DNA of 60,016 bases, the filler included. It is 8 parts of 8 records of this genome, joined end to end, with 100 filler letters (N's around TTAATTAATTAA, not from the genome) between each part and the next. Parts side by side here need not be neighbours in the genome. Positions count along the whole stretch, not along the records: positions 46,576 to 53,003 come from SRR31156797_30315; positions 53,104 to 60,016 come from SRR31156797_30316; 6 more parts are not named here. One strand, written 5' to 3'. The notes under the pieces are model-generated. The model was not told where the DNA came from and did no database searches. It saw only the letters and a list, made by a program, of their open reading frames with translations. The translations under genes were made by a program, and so were the position numbers. This document shows positions 46,794-56,670 of the stretch, piece by piece (within the stretch, counting starts at the first letter, position 1; every line of letters begins with the position of its first letter).

Positions 46794-47774
46794 TTATCTG
46801 TTTTTGATTCTTTTAATAAGTATGTTCATCATGACGGCAATAAGGATCAGACCTCCCCTGACAACGAATTTCCAATAGTCACTGACATTGAGCAAAGTCA
46901 TTCCGTTCAACAGGATCCCAAGGAATATGGACCCGATCAAAGTACCTTTTATAGTCCCGGAACCTCCGGATAAGGCTGCTCCCCCGATAATTACAGCAGA
47001 TATGACATCAAATTCCCAAGCCTGGCCCGTCAAAGGAGATCCGCTATTGATTTGAGAAGAAATCATGATTCCCGCAAGGCCAGCCAGGGCTGAGGTTATG
47101 GAAAAAATAACGCTTTTAACCCTGCGTACATTTATTCCACTCAGTTTTGCCGCTTCAGCATTTGATCCAACAGCATAGATGGACCGACCGAAAGGCGTCG
47201 ACCTCATAATGAACCACATCACTCCAAGTATTGCAAGAAAGAACAATGCCGGAATGGGAATCGGTCCCAAGTATCCAGCTCCAATTTTGGTAAACCACCT
47301 TGGATACCCCAGAATCGGGTACCCATTGGTAATCAATAAAGCGCCCCCCCTTAAAACAAGATAAAATGCCAAAGTTGCGATAAATGAGGGAATCTCAAAA
47401 CTTGTAATTAAAAATGATATGAATTTCCCAATAAAAAAAGCGGAAACCAGGGCAATGACCATTGCTAAGCACAAGGCAATCGAAACGTCCATGCCCGCAG
47501 CATAAAAAGCCTGAGTGAAATAGGCTGTTAACACACCGACGAACCCAACCATGGAGCCGACACTCAAATCAATCTCACCGGAGATGATAACCATAGTCAT
47601 TCCAAAGGCTATGATTCCCTTAAAAGAAACATTTCTCAGTATGTTCAAAAGATTGGATGCAGTAAAAAACCGTGGTGTCGCCATGGAGAAAAAAATAATC
47701 ATACCAACTAAAATAAGTTCCAGAATCCAGTCTTTGATGTCAAACGGTCTCCCTTTTATGGTCAGTCCTGGCAT
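46794..47774 (-). CDS. Sugar ABC transporter permease (RbsC-like)
   Basis: GMTMVIISGEIDLSVGS, FGRSIYAVGSN.EAA.LSGI, E.DVI.AVIIGG.AL.GG.G. Confidence 0.93.
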   Translation of the reverse strand: MPGLTIKGRPFDIKDWILELILVGMIIFFSMATPRFFTASNLLNILRNVSFKGIIAFGMTMVIISGEIDLSVGSMVGFVGVLTAYFTQAFYAAGMDVSIALCLAMVIALVSAFFIGKFISFLITSFEIPSFIATLAFYLVLRGGALLITNGYPILGYPRWFTKIGAGYLGPIPIPALFFLAILGVMWFIMRSTPFGRSIYAVGSNAEAAKLSGINVRRVKSVIFSITSALAGLAGIMISSQINSGSPLTGQAWEFDVISAVIIGGAALSGGSGTIKGTLIGSIFLGILLNGMTLLNVSDYWKFVVRGGLILIAVMMNILIKRIKNR

Positions 47775-49267
47775 TGTGTGTTATCCTCCATCATGCATAG
47801 TTCATAAATTTTTTCGATATTGAGATCTGTCGCTAGGTAATCTCCATGAAGCTTTCCATGCCTCATAATTAATATGCGGTCGCATACGGCCAATAACTCT
47901 TCCAGTTCGCTGGAAACAATAATAGTGGATACTCCCCTCTTGGACTCATTCCAGACGATATCAAAGATCTGCTGTTTCGCGAGAACGTCAATTCCCCGAG
48001 AAGGTTCATCCATTAACAAGATACTCGGTGCGGTATTCAACCAGTTCCCTACCACGATTTTCTGTTGATTTCCGCCACTCATTGAATTCGCCGGGGCATG
48101 AGGATCCGATACTTTGATACTTAACGATTGGATTTGCCTGTCGATATAGTCCCGTTCCTTGAAAGCATCTATACGACCGTTCCTGCTGATATCGTAAAGA
48201 CTCGCCAAACATAAATTATCTGCGATACTCAGTTCCAAACAGAGAGCTTCTTCTTTTCTATTTTCAGAGGTGAAACCTACTCCCATGCTTTTCATTAGGG
48301 AAGGAGTCGGAGAATCCACAACTTCTCCATTAACAATAATCTCTCCTGAATCGATTTCATCCAAGCCGAAAATTGCCTTTAATATTTCCGTTCTTCCAGC
48401 GCCCATCATACCGGCGATACCAAGGACTTCTCCCTTTTTCAACTGAAAGCTTACATCGTCGATTATACTGTTTCTCAGATTTCGTACTTCAAGGGTGACC
48501 TGGTCGCTCGCATTGCTTTGCGGCTTTTCATACTCTTTCACCTCCCCGAACATCATATTGACGATCCGTTCCGGCCTTATTCCCTTCATCGTTTCAGTGC
48601 CGATATAAATACCGTCTCTCAGGACTGTTACATAATCTGCTATTTCATATAGCTCCTGTAAGCGATGAGTTATGAAAAGAATAATAATTCCTTGTTTCTT
48701 AAGTTTCTTTACCGCTTCAAAAAGATGATTGCATTCATTGCTGGAAAGTGCAGATGTTGGTTCATCCAGAATCAGTACTTGGGGGTTATAGGACAGGGCT
48801 TTCGCAATCTCCACGAGCTGCTGTTGTCCCACACTCAGTTCTTTAACGTATATATTCGGATCAAGACAAACATCCAACCGGCTCAAAATGTTTTCTGCAT
48901 CTTGTTCCAACTTATCCCAGTCAATTGAAAATTTAGACTTCATGGGCAATCTTCCCAGGAAGATATTTTCGCTGATCCTCAAATCGCTTATCAGACTTAG
49001 CTCCTGATATACAGTCGCAATCCCATTGTTTATCGCATTTATAGGAGAATTGTGTTTGATTTCTTTGTCATATAGAAAGATCTTTCCTTCAGATGGTTCA
49101 TACACACCTGAGAAGATTTTCATAAGGGTACTTTTCCCAGATCCGTTTTTTCCGATTACGGCATGTACCGAACCTGATTCAAAGGAACAACTCACATTAT
49201 CAAGAGCAACGACCGATTTTCCGAAGGTCTTTCTAATATTACAGGCTCTTAGGCAATAATTATCCAT
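47762..49267 (-). CDS. Sugar ABC transporter ATP-binding protein (RbsA-like, two NBDs)
   Basis: GKNGSGKSTL, LSVGQQQ, LDEPT, MSGGNQQK, SSELEEL. Confidence 0.95.
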   Translation of the reverse strand: MDNYCLRACNIRKTFGKSVVALDNVSCSFESGSVHAVIGKNGSGKSTLMKIFSGVYEPSEGKIFLYDKEIKHNSPINAINNGIATVYQELSLISDLRISENIFLGRLPMKSKFSIDWDKLEQDAENILSRLDVCLDPNIYVKELSVGQQQLVEIAKALSYNPQVLILDEPTSALSSNECNHLFEAVKKLKKQGIIILFITHRLQELYEIADYVTVLRDGIYIGTETMKGIRPERIVNMMFGEVKEYEKPQSNASDQVTLEVRNLRNSIIDDVSFQLKKGEVLGIAGMMGAGRTEILKAIFGLDEIDSGEIIVNGEVVDSPTPSLMKSMGVGFTSENRKEEALCLELSIADNLCLASLYDISRNGRIDAFKERDYIDRQIQSLSIKVSDPHAPANSMSGGNQQKIVVGNWLNTAPSILLMDEPSRGIDVLAKQQIFDIVWNESKRGVSTIIVSSELEELLAVCDRILIMRHGKLHGDYLATDLNIEKIYELCMMEDNTQCQD

Positions 49268-49294
49268 TGACGATCCTTATCATAGTCATAAATA

Positions 49295-49325
49295 TCCTCC
49301 CGGAAAATCTTTATTCCCGGGAGGA
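49295..49325. promoter_or_regulatory. Intercistronic stem-loop after the SBP gene
   Basis: TCCTCCCGG...CCGGGAGGA 9-bp inverted repeat. Confidence 0.55.
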
Positions 49326-49355
49326 CAGAGTATTAATGATTATATTCTTTATTAT

Positions 49356-50339
49356 TTATTTTGCTCTTTTCAGCCAATTTTCCTTAAATGTTTTCACACT
49401 CTCCTCATTGGATCTCTCAACGAGGATGGAGGCCATTTTCATATCTTTCACTGCGGGGTCCACACCTTCGGCCAGATATTTATACATCGTTTCAACGGCG
49501 TACTGTCCCTGTTCGTAAGGTGCCTGGGCAGTAACGATCTGTATGATATCCTCTGCCATCATCATATCGCAAAGCTGGGCACTGGCATCGACGCCGAAAC
49601 AGAATACTTCACCCACTTTCCCTGCAGCCACGATGGCATTATGTGCCGCGACAAGACCGACTTCACAATTGCTGTATATGATGTTCAGATCAGGGTTCTG
49701 AGTAAGGATATCCGTTACCACCTGAAACCCCTTGTCTCCGATTGCATCCTGACGGGCGACATAATTAATATTGAAATCTTTCACTTCCTGCTGGAAACCT
49801 GCGATACGAGCTTCAGAACCTTCAGGATCACTTGCATCGAATGCCAGAAGGGCGCATTTGATGATCTCATCTTTACCATACTTCTTCTCCAACCAGGGGA
49901 TGGACGCTTTACCGGTAGACGACCCCAATTCAATATTATCATTGATGGAAGAAGCGAAGACCTTATCAGAATGAATGGGAATCGCACAGGCAAAAACGGG
50001 AATACCTTTTGAGATGGCCAGTTCCGCTATTGTAGCACTGGCCAGAGGGCTGACCGGCTCGATAATAAGGGCGTCAACTCCCGCTTCAATAAAATTATTA
50101 ATAGTTTCAGCTTCTTTATCCAATGACAATTCACTATTTGAGACCATGATCTCGATTCCTAACTCTTTCGCTTTTGAGCGGTACCCGTTCATCAGGACAT
50201 TGGTGAACTGATCTAAATGCAATCCAGTCGCGCCAATCAGAATTGCATCGTCCCCACCGTTATCTTCCTTTTGGCCGGTTCCAAAAACCACAGATGCGCA
50301 CATCATCATAATCATTAAAATCGAAAGTAATTTTTTCAT
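49356..50339 (-). CDS. Sugar ABC substrate-binding protein (RbsB-like)
   Basis: Signal peptide ending FGTGQKE; GVDALII.P, DN...G, R..GF, GVD, AQ.PYEQG. Confidence 0.9.
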   Translation of the reverse strand: MKKLLSILMIMMMCASVVFGTGQKEDNGGDDAILIGATGLHLDQFTNVLMNGYRSKAKELGIEIMVSNSELSLDKEAETINNFIEAGVDALIIEPVSPLASATIAELAISKGIPVFACAIPIHSDKVFASSINDNIELGSSTGKASIPWLEKKYGKDEIIKCALLAFDASDPEGSEARIAGFQQEVKDFNINYVARQDAIGDKGFQVVTDILTQNPDLNIIYSNCEVGLVAAHNAIVAAGKVGEVFCFGVDASAQLCDMMMAEDIIQIVTAQAPYEQGQYAVETMYKYLAEGVDPAVKDMKMASILVERSNEESVKTFKENWLKRAK

Positions 50340-50375
50340 AGAATTGCTCCTTATTTTTTAGCCTGCAGGCCTGGA

Positions 50376-51617
50376 TTACAGATTATATTCTTTGACAGTG
50401 TCGTACATGACCTTGAGATTTTCTCCGGGAACACCCTCCAAAATGTTATGAACTTGCTGGAAAACATAGCCTCCATCTTTGCTCATGATCTCTATATTTT
50501 TTCTGACATGTTCTTTAACGTCTTGCGGTGTACCTCCGGGAAGAATCGAACGTGTATCGCAGCCACCTCCCCAAAAAACAACATCCTTCCCGAATTCCGC
50601 TTTGAGCCTATCCAACTCCATATCCGCGCAAGTCATCTGAACCGGATTTACAGCCTCCAGGCCGGCCTCGATCATATCAGGCAATAAAGAGTAGATACTC
50701 CCACAGCAATGAAGAGAAACATGGATATCCGGACAGATTTTTCTGGCATGATTCCAGAGGATTTTGTGCCTCGGCTTGAAAAACTCTCTATACATTTCCG
50801 GGGAAATTTGAGGCCCTGTCTGCATTCCCAAGTCATCACCAAATCCTATGATATCAATGTTTTCTCCCACCGCTCCGAGATACTTGTCCATATTTTCCAG
50901 ATGGAACTCTGTCAGCTTATCAAGGAATGTATGAATCATCCTGGGTTCCGCCGCCAGGTTCAGCAGGAAGTTGTCGATTCTAAAAGCAAACTCTCCGATC
51001 TCAATCAGATTTCCACCGAAGGTTGCGTAGATGGCACGGTCAGTTTTCTTACGCAGGGTTTCCGCATTTTCCCTCATAACCTTAAGACCTTCAGCGTCCA
51101 ATCCTGCGGGAGCCGGAGGAAGTCCCAGCCTACACCACATGATTTGCTGTAAATCTTTGGATAAATTGTCAAAATTACCGCCTTCATGCTCAAGGTAAGG
51201 GAAGCAAGTCTGCTCATAAAACAGGTGATGAGGTTTCTTTATACAGATAACCTGTCCGTAATCTCCCCTGACTATTTCTCCTTCGGGAACTTTTTCCACA
51301 GGAACAAATTTCTGGATTTTACAAGGTGTACCATCCTTCAATTCCCAATCTTTCCAGTAATCGGACTTATTCACATAATCATGCCCGAGTTCAACAACAT
51401 CTGCGCCGACAATATCCAGGACATCGTCATCGACATGTACAAGCTGTTGAATAAAATCGTACATATAGAGAGTCTTTTTAGGTAAACCCAACTGTTCCCT
51501 TAGTTCCAGATACGGTTTCACCATAATGCCACTCGATCGATGCCCGTTGAAATCGATAGGAACTCTGTCTCCTTCTTTATGTTTGAATGCCCTTAAAATT
51601 CTTTCTCGCCCTGTCAC
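50376..51617 (-). CDS. Uroporphyrinogen decarboxylase (MtaA/CmuA-like) family protein
   Basis: GGAGG RBS then GTG 51617 (MTGRERIL...DRVPID); GDDLG.Q, HCCG, NPVQ, FWGGG.DT, GGYVF..VHNI. Confidence 0.85.
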   Translation of the reverse strand: MTGRERILRAFKHKEGDRVPIDFNGHRSSGIMVKPYLELREQLGLPKKTLYMYDFIQQLVHVDDDVLDIVGADVVELGHDYVNKSDYWKDWELKDGTPCKIQKFVPVEKVPEGEIVRGDYGQVICIKKPHHLFYEQTCFPYLEHEGGNFDNLSKDLQQIMWCRLGLPPAPAGLDAEGLKVMRENAETLRKKTDRAIYATFGGNLIEIGEFAFRIDNFLLNLAAEPRMIHTFLDKLTEFHLENMDKYLGAVGENIDIIGFGDDLGMQTGPQISPEMYREFFKPRHKILWNHARKICPDIHVSLHCCGSIYSLLPDMIEAGLEAVNPVQMTCADMELDRLKAEFGKDVVFWGGGCDTRSILPGGTPQDVKEHVRKNIEIMSKDGGYVFQQVHNILEGVPGENLKVMYDTVKEYNL

Positions 51618-51807
51618 CAATGCCTCCAAAGGATTCAAATTGTATTTTCTTTTTATTTATAGAGAATTATAGCATATTATAGTTACTTGTAAAGTTATTT
51701 TTAGTATAAATCACTGTATTATACTATAATCCAACTATAATTATTGAATCTTTATAGGGTGTACATTATAATCATGAAGAGTTCTGGAGATAAAACGGGG
51801 AAGTGAT

Positions 51808-52830
51808 ATGAACAAAAAGAAGCCTACATTGAAAGACATTGCTTCTATTGCCGGAGTCTCCGTATCAACGGTTTCCATGGTTTTACGAGGAGACAAAAGC
51901 ATCTCAACAGATGTGTCCCAAAGGATTTATGACATTGCTTCTAACCTTGGATATAAAAAAAAGATATCAAACAATTCCAAGCCGGAGTACATCACAATCA
52001 TTGAATATGAATCCTTTGACTACCAATGGAATTTCATAAAACCCTTTCTCCTAAATATTAGTAAAGAATTAAGGAAACAAAATATTTACTCTATAATACA
52101 TCACCTTGATACGGAGACCCAGGATATATCCGGTTTAGAAAAAGCGATCATAAATTCAGGGTCCATTGCGGTCTGCTCTATACACTATTTCAATGATTCT
52201 TTCTTCAACAAATTAAAAAGACAAGGCCTGCCGGTCGTCATTTTGAACAACAACATTTTTCAGGAAGACTTCTCATCCGTATGCGTGGATGATTTTCAAG
52301 GGACCTATAATGGAGCATCCTACCTAATTCAAAAAGGACACAGGAATTTTCTATATATTGATTATCACAGGGAAGTACTCAATGCCTGCGTAGTCGACCG
52401 CTACTATGGGTTCAAGAAAGCTATGGATGAACATGCCATACCATTCTTGGATAAACACAGAATTACAATCGATTTAAAACACTTCAATAATGATACAAAC
52501 ATAGTGATTGACTCAGTTAAAAAGAACCCGAAGACCACAGCTATTTTTTTTCATGATGACTACATTGCCAGTAAATTCATAGATGAAATGGAAAATAACC
52601 ATCTCAGGATTCCCGATGATATTTCCATTATCGCTCCCGGAGACACTTTGGATTTTTCCCAGACCTTCACCCCTCAATTCACAACTCTCAGGATCGATAC
52701 CGCCATGATGGGAAGAATGGCTGCAAAACTGCTTTTGGATCAGATTCATAATCCGGCGGGAACAAACATACAGCACCTGAAAGTAACTCCCCAGATTATG
52801 GACAGAGGGACATGCCAGAAAATACCATGA
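51808..52830 (+). CDS. LacI-family transcriptional regulator
   Basis: TLKDIA..AGVSVSTVS.VL HTH; R..GF, IPDDISII, P.FTT. Confidence 0.93.
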   Translation: MNKKKPTLKDIASIAGVSVSTVSMVLRGDKSISTDVSQRIYDIASNLGYKKKISNNSKPEYITIIEYESFDYQWNFIKPFLLNISKELRKQNIYSIIHHLDTETQDISGLEKAIINSGSIAVCSIHYFNDSFFNKLKRQGLPVVILNNNIFQEDFSSVCVDDFQGTYNGASYLIQKGHRNFLYIDYHREVLNACVVDRYYGFKKAMDEHAIPFLDKHRITIDLKHFNNDTNIVIDSVKKNPKTTAIFFHDDYIASKFIDEMENNHLRIPDDISIIAPGDTLDFSQTFTPQFTTLRIDTAMMGRMAAKLLLDQIHNPAGTNIQHLKVTPQIMDRGTCQKIP

Positions 52831-53003
52831 AAGCCATCTTTTAAAATTGTAATAAACAACCACCTTCTGAGAAGATGGTTTGGAAGAAGCGCCCCCATAA
52901 AGGGCTTTTGCTTTAGTAAACACCAATGTCCACAATAAGGAGGCCGTAACAAGGACATGGAATGTATTTCCGAACCGCTTCGCGCCCCTCCAGTCAGTAA
53001 CGC

Positions 53004-53103
53004 NNNNNNNNNNNNNNNNNNNNNNNNNNNNNNNNNNNNNNNNNNNNTTAATTAATTAANNNNNNNNNNNNNNNNNNNNNNNNNNNNNNNNNNNNNNNNN
53101 NNN
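53004..53103. other. Artificial contig linker
   Basis: N44-TTAATTAATTAA-N44. Confidence 0.99.
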
Positions 53104-53145
53104 ATTACGAATTACCAATTACGAATTACCAATCACCAATTACAA
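53104..53145. repeat. Heptamer tandem repeat (6 x ATTACnA) at the contig edge
   Basis: attacga attacca attacga attacca atcacca attacaa. Confidence 0.85.
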
Positions 53146-53147
53146 TC

Positions 53148-54941
53148 TTACTCAAGACTCAGTTTCTTCCATGTTTTGGTTAGCAAAAATGTTGAAATTA
53201 TTACAATCACAGAAAGCAAAGTTGCCAGTTCCCACTTTCCGTAAATCCAGTTTCCGGTAGCAAATAGTGCGCTGTAAACTGCCACACTGCCCAGCAACAT
53301 ACAGATGATTCCGGTGGGTACATCCCAGCCTTTTGTGGGTTCTCTTTCCAGTTGAATATTTTCACTCTTAGCCTGAGCGATAACCTTTTTCCAGCCTGGG
53401 CCACCCGGATGAACCAGTTTGTAAAAGCTGCGCAGCGTTTCTTTATTTTCTGCCGGTGTAACGAAAGTCACAACCAGCCAGACCGCTGTGGTAAAAAATA
53501 CACCAACGATAAGTTGCAATGCAGTGCTTAACTCGGGCAGGCCTGTGATTGGATGAACAAATTGGAAATATAATGCCACCAAAAACGAAACAACCATCGC
53601 CGTAATTTCGCTGTATGCATTGATTCGCCACCAAAACCAGCGCAGGATAAATATCAGGCCGGTACCCGCACCAATCTGCAACAATATATTGAAAGCCTGC
53701 AACGCGTTACTCAACAGAAGTGCCAATAGGATGGTTACGATCATAAGCAAAACTGTGGATATTCTTCCGGCCAATACCAGATTTTGGTCCGATGCTTCTG
53801 GTTTTATAAACCGCTTGTAAAAGTCATGAACAATGTACGACGAGCCCCAATTCAGGTGTGTTGAAATGGTGGACATAAAAGCGGCAATCAGTGCAGCTAC
53901 CACCAGACCCAGAAACCCGTTGGGTAAAAAGCTAAGCATGGCCGGGTAGGCAAAATCGTGTTTGATGATAGATGGATCCACATCAGGAAAATGTGTCCGC
54001 ATGGATGCCAAATCCGGGAAAATTACCAGCGAGGCCAGCCCAACAACAATCCATGGCCACGGGCGTAATGCATAGTGTGCCGCATTGAAAAACATGGTGG
54101 CTTTCAGGGCGCCCTTTTCTGATCGTGCCGAAAGCATCCGCTGGGCGATGTAACCACCGCCGCCGGGTTCTGCCCCCGGATACCAAACACTCCACCACTG
54201 GACAGCAAGGGGTAGGATCAGTAGCGTGATCAATTCTTCGTTGTTTGTGAAGTCTGGGAGCAGGTTCAGTTTGGGAATAACGTTTTCGTGTGTCACCAGC
54301 TCATGCATGCTGCCAATTTCCGGCATATTGATGATGATTACGGCAGCACCCACAGCCCCGATCATCGAAATTACAAACTGGAAAAAATCGGTGAGCAAAA
54401 TACCCCGTAATCCGCCAAGGGTGCTGTAAATCATGGTGATGGTCATGGCTACTAAAAGGGTTTTAACCGGTGTCCAGTTAAGCATAACAGCACCAATCTT
54501 GATCAGTGCCAGCGACACCGAAGCCATCACGATGATGTTAAAAAACACACCGAGATAAATGGCCCTGAAACCACGCAGGAATGCAGCCATCTTGCCGCTG
54601 TACCGAATTTCATAAAACTCAAGGTCGGTAAGCACTTTAGAGCGCCGCCATAATTTGGCATAAATAAATACGGTGAGCATGCCGGTTAATAAAAACGCCC
54701 ACCAGGCCCAGTTGCCGGCAACACCATTCTGTCTCACAATATCCGTTACGAGGTTTGGTGTGTCGCACGAAAAGGTTGTGGCAACCATGGAAACACCGAG
54801 CAGCCACCACGGCATGTTCCTTCCGGAGAGAAAAAATTCAGCATAGTTTTTTCCGGCCTTTTTTGCCGCTACAATGCCAATAATGATTGAGATAAGAAAA
54901 AATACCAGGATGATGCCCCAGTCGGTGGAGTTTAGTACCAT
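53148..54941 (-). CDS. Sodium:solute symporter (SSS family)
   Basis: FFLSGRNMPWW..G.SMVATTF, YSTLGGL, YIAQRMLSA, AAFMST; about 14 TM. Confidence 0.93.
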   Translation of the reverse strand: MVLNSTDWGIILVFFLISIIIGIVAAKKAGKNYAEFFLSGRNMPWWLLGVSMVATTFSCDTPNLVTDIVRQNGVAGNWAWWAFLLTGMLTVFIYAKLWRRSKVLTDLEFYEIRYSGKMAAFLRGFRAIYLGVFFNIIVMASVSLALIKIGAVMLNWTPVKTLLVAMTITMIYSTLGGLRGILLTDFFQFVISMIGAVGAAVIIINMPEIGSMHELVTHENVIPKLNLLPDFTNNEELITLLILPLAVQWWSVWYPGAEPGGGGYIAQRMLSARSEKGALKATMFFNAAHYALRPWPWIVVGLASLVIFPDLASMRTHFPDVDPSIIKHDFAYPAMLSFLPNGFLGLVVAALIAAFMSTISTHLNWGSSYIVHDFYKRFIKPEASDQNLVLAGRISTVLLMIVTILLALLLSNALQAFNILLQIGAGTGLIFILRWFWWRINAYSEITAMVVSFLVALYFQFVHPITGLPELSTALQLIVGVFFTTAVWLVVTFVTPAENKETLRSFYKLVHPGGPGWKKVIAQAKSENIQLEREPTKGWDVPTGIICMLLGSVAVYSALFATGNWIYGKWELATLLSVIVIISTFLLTKTWKKLSLE

Positions 54942-55018
54942 ATTTTCGGTTTTGCGCAGCGAAAATAGTGGTATTTTTCAAAACCAAAAACGGTGAGGGG
55001 TTTTGATAGCGGCCTGAA

Positions 55019-56503
55019 TTATCTTCCAACCTTTGTAAATCTGCTAAAGGCAGTTTCTCCGTTTGGCATTTCTCCACGCAGATAGTAAATCCCCGTTTCT
55101 AAATTGCTGATGTTGATAGCTGTGCCTGATTCAACCTTTTCCACTGACTTTACAAGCTGGCCGGATTGATTGAAAATGACCACATTTAGAAGCTTGTCAG
55201 ATTCATTGGCAAAGATCAGACGCACAAAATCGTCTGAGGGATTCGGGTAAATCAACAGGCTATTGTCTTCCTGATTGTGGCTGTGAATTCCTGTGGCCAG
55301 GTCACCAATTTTTGCCACATAAATATTATTGCCGGTACCTTCATAGGGAAGTGAAATCTCACCATTTAAATTGATGGTTCCTCCCTGAACATGAGCGATT
55401 AAAAAGTCGTCTCCGGTATGGGTAATCCTACCACCCCAGGTTGATGACGCCCCGGTAACTTCTTTTTCTGAAATCAGGTTGAATTCTTTATCATAGATCA
55501 GGGCTATATGATCACTTCCTGTGTTTGAATTACGCATAAACAGGCCAATGTATTCCGGAGAAATGGTGAGGTCGGGCCTCAAAACCGAAAAAGTGGAATA
55601 GGCAGGGAGTTCGGCCACCGCCAGCACTTCACCGTTAAAATCAAATCTCGTGAGCGAATGAATATCATTGAAGAAATTATCAACCAATGGCTCATAAACC
55701 ACAAGGCCATGCTCATCAGCTTCTATTTGCCCAACAGAGTTATTTATGGTTTGGCCGGTAAAAAGCCATTTTGCTGTGAGGTTTTCATCAAAACCCATTG
55801 TAATGCAGGCGTTCTCAAATTCGGGGAGTTCTACAAGGATGGTATCAACCATGGTGGTACCAGGCCCAAAAAAACTTCCGTTAAAATACACACAGCCATC
55901 ATAGTAGGCAATGTCTGCAACCAAAGTAAAATCTTCGTTGATTTGCTTTTGCTGAAGGATGTTACCGTCCGGATCAATGATATAAATCCAGTCTGAAGAG
56001 TTGCCCTCTCCCCTAATATGCAGTGCGATATCACCGGTATTGCCAACGGCGATGTTCGTATATTGTCCCCACTTTTCCTGTTCCGAAAAATGCCACAACA
56101 CCTCACCGTTGCTATCGAGCATAATCACAAACATGCAATACGGATATTCACCATAATTGGCTCCCCGGTAGGTAAACTGGCCGTTGGATTGTCCGATGAT
56201 CAAAATGTTGTCGCCAACGGTTTCCATATCCCCCAGCGAAATAATGCCATTCAGGCCGTAAGTCCAGATGGAATCGCCAACTGCGTTTGTTTTCTGAACG
56301 TATACCTTGCCATAATACGTCCAGGTTGGTGATGGATCATAAACCCCAACAGTTATAATGTTGCCTGATTCATCTGTATCGATGGAGGCAACACTGTAGC
56401 TGTCTTCAAGGTCGTAGGATGTTGCCCAGGTAAATTGTTGGGAGATTAAAGTTGTGGAAATCAGGATTACAAAAATTGAAGTAAATAAAGTTTTCATAAG
56501 CAT
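55019..56503 (-). CDS. Secreted beta-rich protein with T9SS C-terminal sorting domain
   Basis: Signal peptide; D..GN/W repeats; IYPNP...FNQSGQLV...ISNLETGIYY. Confidence 0.85.
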   Translation of the reverse strand: MLMKTLFTSIFVILISTTLISQQFTWATSYDLEDSYSVASIDTDESGNIITVGVYDPSPTWTYYGKVYVQKTNAVGDSIWTYGLNGIISLGDMETVGDNILIIGQSNGQFTYRGANYGEYPYCMFVIMLDSNGEVLWHFSEQEKWGQYTNIAVGNTGDIALHIRGEGNSSDWIYIIDPDGNILQQKQINEDFTLVADIAYYDGCVYFNGSFFGPGTTMVDTILVELPEFENACITMGFDENLTAKWLFTGQTINNSVGQIEADEHGLVVYEPLVDNFFNDIHSLTRFDFNGEVLAVAELPAYSTFSVLRPDLTISPEYIGLFMRNSNTGSDHIALIYDKEFNLISEKEVTGASSTWGGRITHTGDDFLIAHVQGGTINLNGEISLPYEGTGNNIYVAKIGDLATGIHSHNQEDNSLLIYPNPSDDFVRLIFANESDKLLNVVIFNQSGQLVKSVEKVESGTAINISNLETGIYYLRGEMPNGETAFSRFTKVGR

Positions 56504-56658
56504 AGGGTTTTAACATATTCAGGTTTGAGCATATAAACGGATTGCTCAATTTTTTTGTTCAAGTCAGTTATTGTGGTGACGTTTTTTTTAACGAAAATTT
56601 ATTTTCAACAAGCAATCTCAACGTGTTTGTCAGCAAAATGCAATATGCATATATTTCG

Positions 56659-56666
56659 TAATTTTG
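56659..56666 (+). promoter_or_regulatory. Bacteroidota -7 element TAATTTTG 4 nt before the fic ATG
   Basis: Exact match to TAnnTTTG. Confidence 0.45.
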
Positions 56667-56670
56667 CTCC

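Noticed and set aside
52957-53003. Possible gene start (ATG GAA TGT...) at the end of contig 7
   Set aside because: Only about 15 codons before the linker; cannot be supported or identified.
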